From a virus (lineage: Duplodnaviria; Caudoviricetes): a DNA stretch of 64,000 nt. The stretch lies in the IMG/VR virus record IMGVR_UViG_2619619233_000003, positions 1-64,000 of that record. The stretch is one strand, 5' to 3'. Position numbers and translations under genes: made by a program. Position 1 is the stretch's first letter; the number at the start of each line of letters is the position of its first letter. Under the pieces are notes generated by a model. It ran no database searches. It was given only the letters and a program-made list of their open reading frames with translations, and was not told where the DNA came from. This document shows positions 17,734-27,743 of the stretch, one piece after another.

Positions 17734-18575
17734 ACGACCTCGACCGTCAAAAGCGGCTCGGCAAGGATTGCTTCCAGCTGATCGGGTGATAGCTCGCCAG
17801 GGCGGTAATCGACTGGCTTGGTGGAATGCGCGATGCCGCCGCGACGGAAGCCGTCACGCTGGGAAGTGACACGGACCAGAGGCGGATTTTCCGGCGTACG
17901 GGTTCCGGTGAAGGAAGACAAAAGCGCATGGGATAGCGGGTAATTGCGCTCAAATTCGTCTTGGGTCATGGAAGCGTAGTCGCCGGCATGCTCCTGCAGA
18001 TCGGTGCCCTGTTTGTTAGCGTACTCTCGGATTTCCTTCAGGATCGCGTTTTCTTCGACCAGCTCACGCACGATGCTTGCGGGATCGTCGCTGCCGATCC
18101 ACTCCTGAAGTTCAGGATATTCCCGCGCAACTTCCGCGATGATCTCAAGCAGCTTGCCGCCGATCGCGGCCAACGCGAGGGTCTCGTTAAGATGGTTGAT
18201 GTCCTCGACCTTGAGCGAAGCGGAACCGGCATTCGCGCCGGCTCCGTCCGCATCGCCCTGGGAGGCATTCGCAATAGTCCCGGAAGCCGATGCTTCCACT
18301 TCCGGCATGGGTGTTTCGTTCGCCGCCGTCGCCTGGATGGTTCCGGTATGATCGGCATTCACCTGCGGTTTCACCAGATCGGCCGAAGCGTCTCCGGCAG
18401 CATCGCCGCTGCTCGCTGGGGTATTTGTGGAATGGGTCTCGTCAGGTGCTCTCAAACCTGACGGGTCGGATGCCGTCGATGGGGTAACGACGCCATCCTG
18501 CTGCACGCCTGTCGCCGTCTCGGCGGAGGCTGCGGTGGAACGGGATTTCTTCGTGGATGTCGTGGACTTCGACAT
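17730..18575 (-). CDS. HI1506-related protein with a long disordered N-terminus
   Basis: C-terminal GFRRGG...QLEAILAEPLLTV; directly downstream of gpT. Confidence 0.7.
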   Translation of the reverse strand: MSKSTTSTKKSRSTAASAETATGVQQDGVVTPSTASDPSGLRAPDETHSTNTPASSGDAAGDASADLVKPQVNADHTGTIQATAANETPMPEVEASASGTIANASQGDADGAGANAGSASLKVEDINHLNETLALAAIGGKLLEIIAEVAREYPELQEWIGSDDPASIVRELVEENAILKEIREYANKQGTDLQEHAGDYASMTQDEFERNYPLSHALLSSFTGTRTPENPPLVRVTSQRDGFRRGGIAHSTKPVDYRPGELSPDQLEAILAEPLLTVEVV

Positions 18576-18625
18576 AAGAGCTATCCTTTCGAGGGCTTTG
18601 CGAAAGCGGCTGCTGAGCTGTTTTC

Positions 18626-18652
18626 AAAAAGCCCTCCCGTTGAACGGGAGGG
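18626..18652 (-). terminator. Intrinsic terminator/attenuator after the major capsid gene
   Basis: CCCTCCCG..CGGGAGGG stem followed by CTTTTT on the minus strand; conserved at 60133-60160. Confidence 0.7.
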
Positions 18653-18673
18653 AGGCAGGCGGCCTGAGGCAGA

Positions 18674-19570
18674 TCAGGCCAGCCAGGGAACAACCAGAAC
18701 TTCGGCGGTGTTGTACCATTCGTTCGTGCCGCCATCGGCGGTCAGCTGGTTGCCGACGATGCGGCGTGCAGCGCCTTCGAGCGCAGGCGGAACGATCAGA
18801 AGTTTCGGGGTGATTGCGAGCGGGCGACCATAATCACCTTTCATGCTCGACAGGCCCACACGCGCCGCTTCGTAATGCGCCGCATCGAGTGTCTGCTTGG
18901 AGCCCCACGCGGTCTGCCAGAAACCGAAGCCAACGGCGCAACGACCGTCGAGGCCGTAGCGGAATTCCTTTTTGCTGAAGACCGCCTCGTCATTCTCCTG
19001 GTCCATCCGGACGAGGTTGGTGAACGGTTTGCGCTCCTGATAGATCAGCGGCTTCAGGCTGCGGCTGTCATCGATCAGGAACCACGGGGTGCCATTGCCG
19101 CCGTCAGTGTTCGCTACGTTGATCACCTCGCCCTTCTCATTGAGGACCGGATGCTCCGTGTCGAAGAAGTTCTGGCCATCGTAGCAGACTGTGGCCCAAC
19201 CCGATTTCAGCAGTGGCCAGATGAGGGTGTCCGGGAACAACACGCCGGTCTGCCCGAAGTCGCGGAACATCGGAGCGTAGATTCCGAGGTTATCGTCCTC
19301 GATGTCGTCGCGATCGACGCCGATGGTGTTTTCGTACGACTTGTTCGTCAGCGTGTAGCCGTGCTTGGCAAGGCCGTTGACGACACGGTCGCCGATCCAT
19401 TCGCGGAAGCCCGGAAACTGGCCGAGCCAGCCGTACTCGTTTGTTTTGGTCGTGGATGGCACGGTCGTTGCGATGCGGCCGTGGAGCGTGGCGGTTGCCG
19501 CGATGCCTGCCATGAAGGCGGCATTGAAGCCCACATACGCAGAACGAAGATTGACGGAATTAATCTGCAT
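18674..19570 (-). CDS. Mu-like major capsid protein gpT
   Basis: YGWLGQFP..REWIGDR, YDGQNFFDTEHP and GFGFWQ motifs. Confidence 0.95.
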   Translation of the reverse strand: MQINSVNLRSAYVGFNAAFMAGIAATATLHGRIATTVPSTTKTNEYGWLGQFPGFREWIGDRVVNGLAKHGYTLTNKSYENTIGVDRDDIEDDNLGIYAPMFRDFGQTGVLFPDTLIWPLLKSGWATVCYDGQNFFDTEHPVLNEKGEVINVANTDGGNGTPWFLIDDSRSLKPLIYQERKPFTNLVRMDQENDEAVFSKKEFRYGLDGRCAVGFGFWQTAWGSKQTLDAAHYEAARVGLSSMKGDYGRPLAITPKLLIVPPALEGAARRIVGNQLTADGGTNEWYNTAEVLVVPWLA

Positions 19571-19579
19571 GGATCACCT

Positions 19580-19990
19580 TCAGGAGAACTTGACCCACAC
19601 GCCCTGGTCATCGACATCGAAAAGCTTGCCGACGATAGAACGGGTGTTGTTTGCGGAAGTTTTGGCGACGGTCTGATCGTCGACGCCATAGACGTCGGAA
19701 CCAATGTCGGCCTGTGTGAGCGCGTCGGCGGCCGCCGAGTTGGCGTAGCGGAAAATGCCGACCCGGAGTTTCACGCGCTGTGCGCCGGCGCCGCCCCCGG
19801 TGTTGTCGACGCGGTTTTCGACACGCCCGGCACCCTTGAGGTTGAGCGCTGTCGAAACGGGCACGATGTTGCCGGCGGCGTTGAAAGCGCCCATGGCACC
19901 CGCGAACAGAACGGCTCCTGCAGCCGCAGGGCCTTCGCGGGTGTCGCCGGACCGCTCCGGCGTGTTGCGATCACCTGTAAGCGCCGTCAT
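19580..19990 (-). CDS. Head decoration/cement protein
   Basis: Lies between protease and capsid genes; DDQTV...GVWV motif. Confidence 0.75.
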   Translation of the reverse strand: MTALTGDRNTPERSGDTREGPAAAGAVLFAGAMGAFNAAGNIVPVSTALNLKGAGRVENRVDNTGGGAGAQRVKLRVGIFRYANSAAADALTQADIGSDVYGVDDQTVAKTSANNTRSIVGKLFDVDDQGVWVKFS

Positions 19991-21141
19991 GCATCACCGC
20001 CTTTCCGGGAAGCCAGCATCTGTTCTTTGGTGAGGCCCAGCTGCCGCATGACTGCGATATCGGCATCGCTGAGTTCGTCCGAGACGTTGCCCGGTGCATG
20101 CGCCGTGGCCGTGCGCTGAGCGGCCGTGAGAACCGGGGCCTTGCCGGTGAACTCTGCGAACTTCACGGGATCAGCCCTGTGCATCGAGAGGCCCCATTCC
20201 TTTAGAGCGGGGACGAGCTTGCCATCCTTGATCGCCTGAGAGACGGCCTCTTCGGCCTTGTCGGACGCAACCGTCGTCTTCAGCTCGTTGAGGTCGTTCT
20301 GCATCGCCTCGACCTGGGCGATCGGAACAAACTTCGTCGGATCAGGGGTCGCGGTTGCGGTGTGGGCAGCAGAAAGAACGCTGACGATGTCGTCGACGCT
20401 GGCATTTTCGGCCTTGCCGGCAGCGATCGCGATCTTCTTGCGATCGGCGAAGGCGGACTGGACGGCCGTGGCGATCGCCTCGGATTTGGCATCCTTTGTA
20501 AGACCGGCCGCAACGGCTATCGCCGTCGAGCTGGTCAGCAGCGAATTGATGGCGACAAGCACATCATCTTCGCTGCCGCCCTCGGCCAGGCCGAGAGCAG
20601 CGAGCAAACGTTTCATGGAAACCTCTGTTGTGGTTTGGGCTGCGGAAAAAATGGAGTGCGCCGAGACCTCGAACAGATCGAGGTTCGGAACATTGGTGAG
20701 AGCGACCGTTTGCAAGGCAAGAACTTCGCCCGCCTTGGTGTGGAAATAGACCGGGGAAATGTAGCGGTACTCTTTCGCTTTGATCGCAGCGGCGGCATTG
20801 GCGGTCCACTCGACACGACCATAAAGGCCGTCCGGGCGCGCTTCGACTTCCTTGATCCAGCCGGCCGCAGGAGCGGGCTTGCCATTTTCGAGCGCGTTAC
20901 GGCTCTGGTGCTCGTAGTCGATCAGGATGTCTGTCTTACCGGCATAGCGGCGGGTCGTATCAGCGATGCGCTGGAGCGACGCAAGATCGCCGGCCTGATA
21001 CGGGCCGCGACCGTCACGGCCGGAAAAGGTGCCGGCCGGAATGAGGAGCAGCCACGTCTCGTCTGCGGCGGAAGCCGTCAACTCGGCGGAATGCGCCGTG
21101 AGCAGAGCGGAAGCAAGGATGGTTGCGAGAGCGTTTTTCAT
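19987..21141 (-). CDS. Mu-like prohead protease/scaffold gpI
   Basis: DYEHQ, APAAGWI, YRYISPV and ALTNVP motifs. Confidence 0.93.
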   Translation of the reverse strand: MKNALATILASALLTAHSAELTASAADETWLLLIPAGTFSGRDGRGPYQAGDLASLQRIADTTRRYAGKTDILIDYEHQSRNALENGKPAPAAGWIKEVEARPDGLYGRVEWTANAAAAIKAKEYRYISPVYFHTKAGEVLALQTVALTNVPNLDLFEVSAHSIFSAAQTTTEVSMKRLLAALGLAEGGSEDDVLVAINSLLTSSTAIAVAAGLTKDAKSEAIATAVQSAFADRKKIAIAAGKAENASVDDIVSVLSAAHTATATPDPTKFVPIAQVEAMQNDLNELKTTVASDKAEEAVSQAIKDGKLVPALKEWGLSMHRADPVKFAEFTGKAPVLTAAQRTATAHAPGNVSDELSDADIAVMRQLGLTKEQMLASRKGGDA

Positions 21142-21174
21142 GCTCCCATCTAAGGGAGCGTCATCAGTTCTGTC

Positions 21175-21196
21175 GGCGGGCCGTTTTCAGCCCACC
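21175..21196 (-). promoter_or_regulatory. Putative Mor/C-type activator site of the head-gene promoter
   Basis: GGCGGGCC-GTTTTC-AGCCCACC dyad, matching the dyad at 28565-28586. Confidence 0.6.
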
Positions 21197-21371
21197 GGCC
21201 GATATCGTCGCTTCATCATGGATAACGCGGCAGATCGAACCGGGCAAGGGACACTAGGTCCCAAAGTTGAGGCCGATTAAAAGCCCGTAGAAGCGTTTTT
21301 GCCGTCCAGATGATGGATGGCGCGGTTCGGCTCCTGCAAACGCTCTCTGTGGCCTTCTGTTCCTTCCGAAA

Positions 21372-22172
21372 CTACGGCGGTGTTTGAGGCGAGCCCAACC
21401 CATTTGCCATCTTTTGCGCGAGCAGTTTGGCAACGCCTGCTTCGTAGCCGGCCTTGCCCGGATTATACGCCCAGCCCGGATCAATGCCATCGGGAACACG
21501 GGTGACTTCGCCGGTGCGCTTGTTGACGAAATTGCGCCAGGTGTTTTCCGGTGGCTCGAAGATCAGCCTTTCACCCTGGGCAAGCAAGCGGTCTATGTCA
21601 CGCTGCGAAAGGCTCTGCAGCGTGCAACGGCATCCCCAGCCGCAAGGCGGTGCCCATTCGTTCCAATAGGGATGGTCGATCGGCAAAACGAGATTGTGCC
21701 GGCGCGCGTGTTCTGGACGGACATGATCGTCGCGCATCGTGACATAACGGAGGAACGGGCGGCTGCGACGGTTTCGCTCGAAGCTCGTCCAGTGACCGGC
21801 TGCGTAGGAGACCCGCATGTTTGTGTCGAAGATCGTGCGCAGCCGTCGAGCGCTTCCCAGCTGCGCCGGCACGGTCTCCCCGGTCACGGGATCAGCGATG
21901 AATTTTTTGCCCCACCAGCCCTTGGCTTCAAGGATCGGCCGCAACTGCCGCGATGCCTGCTCGATGGTTTGTCCTTCATTCAAGAGGCGCTCAATGGCGG
22001 CTAGAATGTCGTTAAGGATATCGAAGCCTGCCGATTTCGCGACCGTAAAGCTAGCGGCATGCTCGGCCTGCCACATGTCGAGATAGGAAAACGTCTCGAC
22101 CGGCGAACCAGCGCGGGCGGCAAATGCGGCGATGGCATCGCGGGGCGGCAGGGGCTGAAGGATGGCGGCCAC
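21372..22172 (-). CDS. Mu gpF-like minor head protein
   Basis: RLRTIFDTN and PPCGWGCRC motifs. Confidence 0.92.
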   Translation of the reverse strand: MAAILQPLPPRDAIAAFAARAGSPVETFSYLDMWQAEHAASFTVAKSAGFDILNDILAAIERLLNEGQTIEQASRQLRPILEAKGWWGKKFIADPVTGETVPAQLGSARRLRTIFDTNMRVSYAAGHWTSFERNRRSRPFLRYVTMRDDHVRPEHARRHNLVLPIDHPYWNEWAPPCGWGCRCTLQSLSQRDIDRLLAQGERLIFEPPENTWRNFVNKRTGEVTRVPDGIDPGWAYNPGKAGYEAGVAKLLAQKMANGLGSPQTPP

Positions 22173-22175
22173 GCG

Positions 22176-23759
22176 TCAAACCTCGTCTGACAGGGTTTCG
22201 TTGCCGAGCCCTGCCAGACGCGCAGAGAAAGCGGCACGGGCGAGGATTTCCGTCAGGGCGTTCACGTCCATGGACACGAGACGCTCCTGAAGAACGGCGC
22301 GGATCTCGTCCAGGTCCTTGGCTTTGGCGATCTGCGCTTCAAGCCCCTCGACGACAGGAGCCACCATCGGCTCCCAGCCATCGTCGGACAGGATTTGCAC
22401 GATGCTGGTGTCGATCGCATCGGCCGCCGCCATGTCTGCTACACGGTGCATGGAAATCTGCGGCTTGGGCGCGGGCAATTTCTCGGGCTTTGTCGGCGGA
22501 TCGGTCTCTTCAGCGCTCGCCCGGTTCGCTGGCCGGAGCAGCTCCTCGTCGTTATCCGGGTCCTCGATGCCGAGCTTGTCGCGCACTTTCGACATGCCCA
22601 CCTTGCCGCCGAGATTCACGAAACTCGTGACATTTTTCATGTAGCTTTCAAGGTCGACTTCCTGCGGCCTGCCAATGCGAATGACCGGGTAGGCTTTCTG
22701 TGGCCCTTTGTTGAGCGCGATATAAGGCACCACGAAATCGCGGTTGAGGGTGGCCCGAAGCTGTTTGGCGTCAGAACGCTCGATGTCATCCTTGACGCCG
22801 TTATGAACCTTGCCGACAGCATAGCCGCCGGCGATCGCGTCGGTGGTGCCAGTTTGGCCAAGAACCACCTTCGATACCTGACGGTCAAGGAAGTCACAGC
22901 GCTTCTCGTAAAGCTCGTGCGATCCAGAAATATCGGCCTTGATGAACTCGACCGACATCGAGGCGGGAACGATGGCCGAATAGTCGACGCCGATGTTTGC
23001 AACCGCCTGAAGCAGGACGTCCTTGTCCGCCTCGCTTGCGCCTTCGCCCCACTTCCCGAGACGCAGCGGCTGGCCATAGGCCTCGCAGAAGATCGCCCAG
23101 TCTTTCATGGTGAAGGACTTGAACAGGAACGCCCAGCAGACCGCACGTGCAAGGCCGCCACGGATCGGCAGGCCGGATTTCGCTTTGGCCTGGTGAATGA
23201 TCCACTTGTATGGCGCGAGTGCCACGTCACCGCCAACGTCTCGCAACAGCAAGGTTTCGCCGTCTGTGTCATCAAATCGGAACCAGCGCGGATCGCGCCA
23301 CTTCAAGGCGACGGGGTTCCACTGGCTCTCGGATGTTTCCCAGATGATTTCCGTCGCGGAGAAGCCCTTGCCGATTGCATCGAGCATATCGACAAGCTCA
23401 CTTTCGAAGGCATCCCGTTCGACGAACGCCCGCACCATGTCTGCGTTTTCAACATCGTTCGGCGCATCGCTCGCCGCCTCGACAGTGATCTCCAGTCCGG
23501 CAACCTGCAGCTTGCGGGTCGACAGGACGCCGGCGTAATGCAGATCACGCTCCTCCATATCCTCGGCAAGCTCAAGATAAGCCTGAGGGTCGCCCTGCAA
23601 AGATGTGCGCAGCATACGGGCAAGCTTTCCCGGTGTCAGACCGGTTGCCTGATGTTCGGTGTTTGGCCGGCGCACGCCCATCATGGTTGGGGCGGCCTGT
23701 TCTTTCTTCAGGGCGGCTGACGCGATGGGATTGCCCCACTGGTCGATGAGCTTGGCCAT
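22176..23759 (-). CDS. Portal protein (DUF935, Mu gp29)
   Basis: ATG at 23759 (TGATG overlap); MEERDLH, YGQPLRLGK and SKVVLGQT motifs. Confidence 0.93.
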   Translation of the reverse strand: MAKLIDQWGNPIASAALKKEQAAPTMMGVRRPNTEHQATGLTPGKLARMLRTSLQGDPQAYLELAEDMEERDLHYAGVLSTRKLQVAGLEITVEAASDAPNDVENADMVRAFVERDAFESELVDMLDAIGKGFSATEIIWETSESQWNPVALKWRDPRWFRFDDTDGETLLLRDVGGDVALAPYKWIIHQAKAKSGLPIRGGLARAVCWAFLFKSFTMKDWAIFCEAYGQPLRLGKWGEGASEADKDVLLQAVANIGVDYSAIVPASMSVEFIKADISGSHELYEKRCDFLDRQVSKVVLGQTGTTDAIAGGYAVGKVHNGVKDDIERSDAKQLRATLNRDFVVPYIALNKGPQKAYPVIRIGRPQEVDLESYMKNVTSFVNLGGKVGMSKVRDKLGIEDPDNDEELLRPANRASAEETDPPTKPEKLPAPKPQISMHRVADMAAADAIDTSIVQILSDDGWEPMVAPVVEGLEAQIAKAKDLDEIRAVLQERLVSMDVNALTEILARAAFSARLAGLGNETLSDEV

Positions 23760-25396
23760 CAATGTAATCCTCTCGATCGGCGCATGGATGACAGGCGGTA
23801 AGGCGCACCACCGTCCCGATCGGCGTTGGGAGTGTCGAATTTCGTTGGTGCTCTCGGCACGGGCAGATAGCCATATTCGTGCCACTGCATGCGGCTGGCG
23901 AAGTAAGCCAGGGCCAGGGCGATAGTGTAGTCACCGTGCCGCTTCTTCCCTGTCTCGCCAACACGCACCGGCGGGACCATCGGAATGCCCCTGATCACTT
24001 TGACCAGGCGAAGGTCGGCAAGGTGGTTGTCGTTCTTCGATATGGCGATCGAATTGTCTTCAAACGCCGTCTTCAAAGGCGGCATGTTGATGCGGTACCA
24101 GTCCTGAGAAAACTTGATGGGCCAGACAAGGCCGCTGCCCTCTGTGGTCTCACGTAGCCCGAAGATGCGGCCCATATCTTCAGCTACCGTCCAGCCCATG
24201 CCGGTGGCATCGAAGGCGGCCCCGATCAGGCGGGGTGCGGCCTGAAGGATCATCTTGACGATCTGCTTTTGCTCGTCACCCGGAACGCCACGCATCTCAA
24301 CCGTCAATGCGGTTTCACGCCGGAGGTTCTTTGTCAGCGCAAGCAAGGTTGCGACGGAAAGGTCCGCCACGCGCGCAAAGTCGAAACCGAAGGCGTAGAG
24401 CAGTTCGGGGTTTAGCGATTTCAGTGCCTCGGCGAGCTCCGTCAGGAACGGGCTGACGAGTATTTCCTGTTCAAGCTTCGGGCGCTGGAGGAAATCGAGC
24501 GGTAGCTCAAGCGACAGGACCGGCGCGTCTGATGTCATCCGAGCTTCGATGAGAGGTGCCGCCAGCCACGTACCGCTGCCCATGGTCGGGATGCAGAACA
24601 GTTCCTCGTCAGCGCCATCGCCATAGAACTTGATGATGTCTTCGCGCCAATCGGCCTCGGCTTCAGGCGTCCATTCCTTGCCGGTAACGAGGCAGATACG
24701 CTGATAGAGGCCGGCCAGCAGAGCGTCATCAAAATCGATGCGCATATGCTTGTAGGCTGATCGCCCGTTCAAAATGTCCTGTATCTGGACGTTGAATTCG
24801 TTCTCGACACCATTGTGTGTGGAACAGACGACAACCTGCCCACCCCACATAAGGAATGCCAGGGCAGCTTTAAGAAGCTCTTTCAGGCTGTCCACGAAGG
24901 CCGCTTCGTCGATCATGACGACGCCTTGTTTACCGCGCAGCGAGCGAGGGGCCGAGGACAGGCCGATGACTTCGAACCCCGAGGCGAACTTGATGCGGAA
25001 GGCCTGTATCGAACGTTCGCCCTCCTTGTCGCTGTCATCGAAAAGGAACTCTTCCATTTCCAATGCGGCCTGATTGTAGGCACGCGACCACATGGCGCAG
25101 GCGTCAATAAACTCTCGCGTCATTTCCTGCGAATAGGAGATGTACATCACGTCCATGCCGCCGGCTTCGCGCGAACGCGCTGCGCGCAGAACCGCATAGG
25201 ACGCAAAACCCCATGTCAGGCCGATACGCCGGGATTTCTCAATGAAGAGGACGCGGCAGGCGGCACTTTCGAGCAACGCGATGGTGTTGGCTTGATAAGA
25301 CAAAAGCGCCCGGCGGGCTTCGATCTTGTCCAGGACGGCGTCTGTTGAAAGCCTGCGAGCTTCCGCCCACTGTTCCTTGGAAATGGGACCGGTCAT
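23759..25396 (-). CDS. Terminase large subunit (Mu gp28-like)
   Basis: EKSRRIGLTW, LRG..IDEAAF, GFDFAR, DATGMG and HGD motifs. Confidence 0.94.
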   Translation of the reverse strand: MTGPISKEQWAEARRLSTDAVLDKIEARRALLSYQANTIALLESAACRVLFIEKSRRIGLTWGFASYAVLRAARSREAGGMDVMYISYSQEMTREFIDACAMWSRAYNQAALEMEEFLFDDSDKEGERSIQAFRIKFASGFEVIGLSSAPRSLRGKQGVVMIDEAAFVDSLKELLKAALAFLMWGGQVVVCSTHNGVENEFNVQIQDILNGRSAYKHMRIDFDDALLAGLYQRICLVTGKEWTPEAEADWREDIIKFYGDGADEELFCIPTMGSGTWLAAPLIEARMTSDAPVLSLELPLDFLQRPKLEQEILVSPFLTELAEALKSLNPELLYAFGFDFARVADLSVATLLALTKNLRRETALTVEMRGVPGDEQKQIVKMILQAAPRLIGAAFDATGMGWTVAEDMGRIFGLRETTEGSGLVWPIKFSQDWYRINMPPLKTAFEDNSIAISKNDNHLADLRLVKVIRGIPMVPPVRVGETGKKRHGDYTIALALAYFASRMQWHEYGYLPVPRAPTKFDTPNADRDGGAPYRLSSMRRSRGLH

Positions 25397-25980
25397 TTAG
25401 AGACACCCAAAATCTGGTCAAGGATTTGATCGGCACTCTCAGCTGATATGCCTCTTGCCTTGGCGACGGATTTAACGGCCTCGGTCGCTTTGGCAGCGAA
25501 CTCCGCTTCGACCTTCTGGCGGCGGTTGGTAGACACGCCTTGGGCCCGTGACGCAGAAAACAGGGCATCCGCGAGAGCCTTCGCGCCCTTAGGATCGAAA
25601 CCGGCCTCGCCGCCATTGGTCACCAGTTCGAACACCAGCGTCTTGATGGCTTCGGAAGCGATCAAGGTGAGGTCATCGGAAGCGGCCGCGTCGAACTTGC
25701 TGGCAAGGGTCGATGCAATCTCCCGCGTCTGGTTAAGCCGCTGCGTCAAAGTAGCGAGGCGGATCGAATAGCGGTTGAACGCGGAGAACGATGGAATGGA
25801 AAATTCCAGCTCCCCACGGTGCTCTTGGTGAAGCAGCTCCAGCTTGCCGACAAACTCCTGATAGATGTCGGTTTGCGTGCGCTCTCTGTTTTGTAGCTCG
25901 GACGCTGCCCAGGCAACCGCATCCGCGCAAGCCTCTGGCAGCAACTCAATACCGGAAAGGCGGCCGCGTCCCATGGTCAC
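25393..25980 (-). CDS. Putative terminase small subunit (DUF3486, Mu gp27-like)
   Basis: GRLSGIELLP...SFSAFNRY motifs; upstream of TerL. Confidence 0.8.
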   Translation of the reverse strand: MTMGRGRLSGIELLPEACADAVAWAASELQNRERTQTDIYQEFVGKLELLHQEHRGELEFSIPSFSAFNRYSIRLATLTQRLNQTREIASTLASKFDAAASDDLTLIASEAIKTLVFELVTNGGEAGFDPKGAKALADALFSASRAQGVSTNRRQKVEAEFAAKATEAVKSVAKARGISAESADQILDQILGVSK

Positions 25981-26276
25981 ACCGCCGGCGACGGGCGCTT
26001 GACCCCTTCGAGTATGCCACGGCGCTCGACGTGATCGATGCCGAGCCGGGTGATTTCAGCGATGAGAACCGTTCCGGCCTCCGTGTTTCGAACCGCGCCG
26101 ATGTCGGCCAGATAGCGAAGCTGCTGCCGTATCCATTCCCGCGAGCGGCGGTGAGCAAAAGTTTCAAGAACCGTTGAAAGGATGCTCTCGTTAAGGCGGC
26201 CGTCAGGCTGATCGTTCAACGCCCTCAGAATGACGAGGCGAGCGTCCACGGTGAGATGTTGATTATAGTCGCTCAT
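25977..26276 (-). CDS. Mu gp26-like winged-helix protein
   Basis: RLVILRAL...GVKRPSP motif. Confidence 0.8.
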   Translation of the reverse strand: MSDYNQHLTVDARLVILRALNDQPDGRLNESILSTVLETFAHRRSREWIRQQLRYLADIGAVRNTEAGTVLIAEITRLGIDHVERRGILEGVKRPSPAV

Positions 26277-26638
26277 GCTGCCGCGTTACCTTTCAGTAAA
26301 AAGTCCTCGACGCGATTGACGGTCCGCGCCACACCGATCTGGCTTTCTTCCATGCGACCGATTTTGCCGCTCAGCTCCGATATCGACAGGCGCATTTCCA
26401 TGACGGCTTTCGCGTCAGGCAGATGCTTCATGTCGCTCTCAAGGGCCTGCGTTCGCTGGGCGATCGCGGTGATTGCCGCCATCATCGTCTTCTTTTCTTC
26501 AGCGTCTTGACGTCGAAACTCGGCCAGATCGTTAGCGGTCTTCTTGGCGCCGGACGTAAGCCACAGCCAGATAGTCGCGCCGACGGAAATCACGAGCGAC
26601 ACCAAGCCAAGCCAAGACCTCAGATTTTCCATGTCCAT
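26273..26638 (-). CDS. DUF2730-like membrane protein (Mu gp25-like)
   Basis: N-terminal TM helix, coiled coil, LExDMKHLP motif. Confidence 0.75.
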   Translation of the reverse strand: MDMENLRSWLGLVSLVISVGATIWLWLTSGAKKTANDLAEFRRQDAEEKKTMMAAITAIAQRTQALESDMKHLPDAKAVMEMRLSISELSGKIGRMEESQIGVARTVNRVEDFLLKGNAAA

Positions 26639-26865
26639 CACCGGTACCTTTGTTTCTGTTCGTGTCGGGTCTGGCACCGGATGCACCGGGTGGCGGACGG
26701 GAGAGCGAGACGGCGCTCGCGGGGAATGTCGTTTGAGCAGTCCTCGCACTCGACAGTTCCGACACCCCGCAACATTCTTGCTGCGGCCGCGATGCCGGTT
26801 TGACGTTCTTGTTCGGTTCGATCAGCCGCCAGATCGAAGACGGAATTGCTTCCGAAGTTCATCAC
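26638..26865 (-). CDS. TraR/DksA C4 zinc-finger protein
   Basis: CEDC..IPRERRLALP..RCIRCQ motif. Confidence 0.88.
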   Translation of the reverse strand: MMNFGSNSVFDLAADRTEQERQTGIAAAARMLRGVGTVECEDCSNDIPRERRLALPSATRCIRCQTRHEQKQRYR

Positions 26866-27152
26866 TTTGCCTCCGGTGCGTTGTCGATCGCCGCGACGGC
26901 CGCAGCGCGGCGTGCATCGCAGGACATGATTTCAGTGCGATCGGCTCCCCATCGCGTGGTGACTTCTCGCTCTGTCATGTCGCGGTCCGGCAGATCGCCA
27001 GCAACGCAAGGAACCCGCGAGGCGGGCGGCACGGTAGCTTTGACCGTTTTGAAGATCATCGGCGGCGCCGGCTTCGGGTCATCGGGGGAGCAGGCGGACG
27101 CGATCGCGGCCAAGGCCACAAGCATCGCCATTCGGCAAGGCCGCATTCTCAT
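26862..27152 (-). CDS. Outer-membrane spanin (Rz1-like lipoprotein)
   Basis: Lipobox IASAC, Pro-rich, overlaps the i-spanin 3' end. Confidence 0.75.
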   Translation of the reverse strand: MRMRPCRMAMLVALAAIASACSPDDPKPAPPMIFKTVKATVPPASRVPCVAGDLPDRDMTEREVTTRWGADRTEIMSCDARRAAAVAAIDNAPEAK

Positions 27153-27444
27153 TCTCCAGTTTCTCTTTGTTGACGTTCAAGGCGGCAATCCGAATGGACG
27201 CATCTCTTTCGAGCTCGATGGCGTAACGGGCCTGTGCCGCCTCAGCCCTGGCGGCCTTGGCGTTGGCGGCCTCAATCTCGCCTTTCCAGTGGGCATCGCG
27301 CTCCGATGATTTCAGGTTGACCGCACGTTGCACCATCCCGTTGACGGTGGCGATCGAGAGCCAGCCGAGAAAGGCAGCGGCGGCAAGCAATGCCGCCACA
27401 ACGATCAGGGGCGTGACTGCCTTCGAAACCCACGCCCCGATCAT
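27079..27444 (-). CDS. Inner-membrane spanin (Rz-like)
   Basis: N-terminal TM helix plus coiled coil and a C-terminal Cys, within the lysis cassette. Confidence 0.75.
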   Translation of the reverse strand: MIGAWVSKAVTPLIVVAALLAAAAFLGWLSIATVNGMVQRAVNLKSSERDAHWKGEIEAANAKAARAEAAQARYAIELERDASIRIAALNVNKEKLENENAALPNGDACGLGRDRVRLLPR

Positions 27445-27737
27445 CGGGAAGTCTCCGGGAACTCTGCCGGCACGTCGCGGGGATTGTAGGGGGGCGACGA
27501 AGGCAAAACGGAATCGGCACGCTGCGCGTTGGCAAAGTCCATTGCACCCGCGAAACGGTGGATGCCGAGCATCGCAGCGATCAACAGGATCATCGACGGG
27601 ATGACGATATTGGCGAGCGCCACGGCGTTTTCGCTGCCGTCAAGGCCGGACCATACGATACCGGCAATGATCGACCAGGCGAACCAGAACGAAACCCACA
27701 GCTGGGCTTTCGAGGTGCGATAGGATGGCTTCTTCAT
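27441..27737 (-). CDS. Putative holin
   Basis: Two TM helices; located between the endolysin and spanins. Confidence 0.65.
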   Translation of the reverse strand: MKKPSYRTSKAQLWVSFWFAWSIIAGIVWSGLDGSENAVALANIVIPSMILLIAAMLGIHRFAGAMDFANAQRADSVLPSSPPYNPRDVPAEFPETSR

Positions 27738-27743
27738 CGCTGC

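Noticed and set aside
22395-23720. 441-aa + strand ORF (similarly 49083-51443, 59670-61484, 18875-20119 and 61400-62656)
   Set aside because: Antisense shadows of well-supported GC-rich phage genes, with no motifs or translational coupling.
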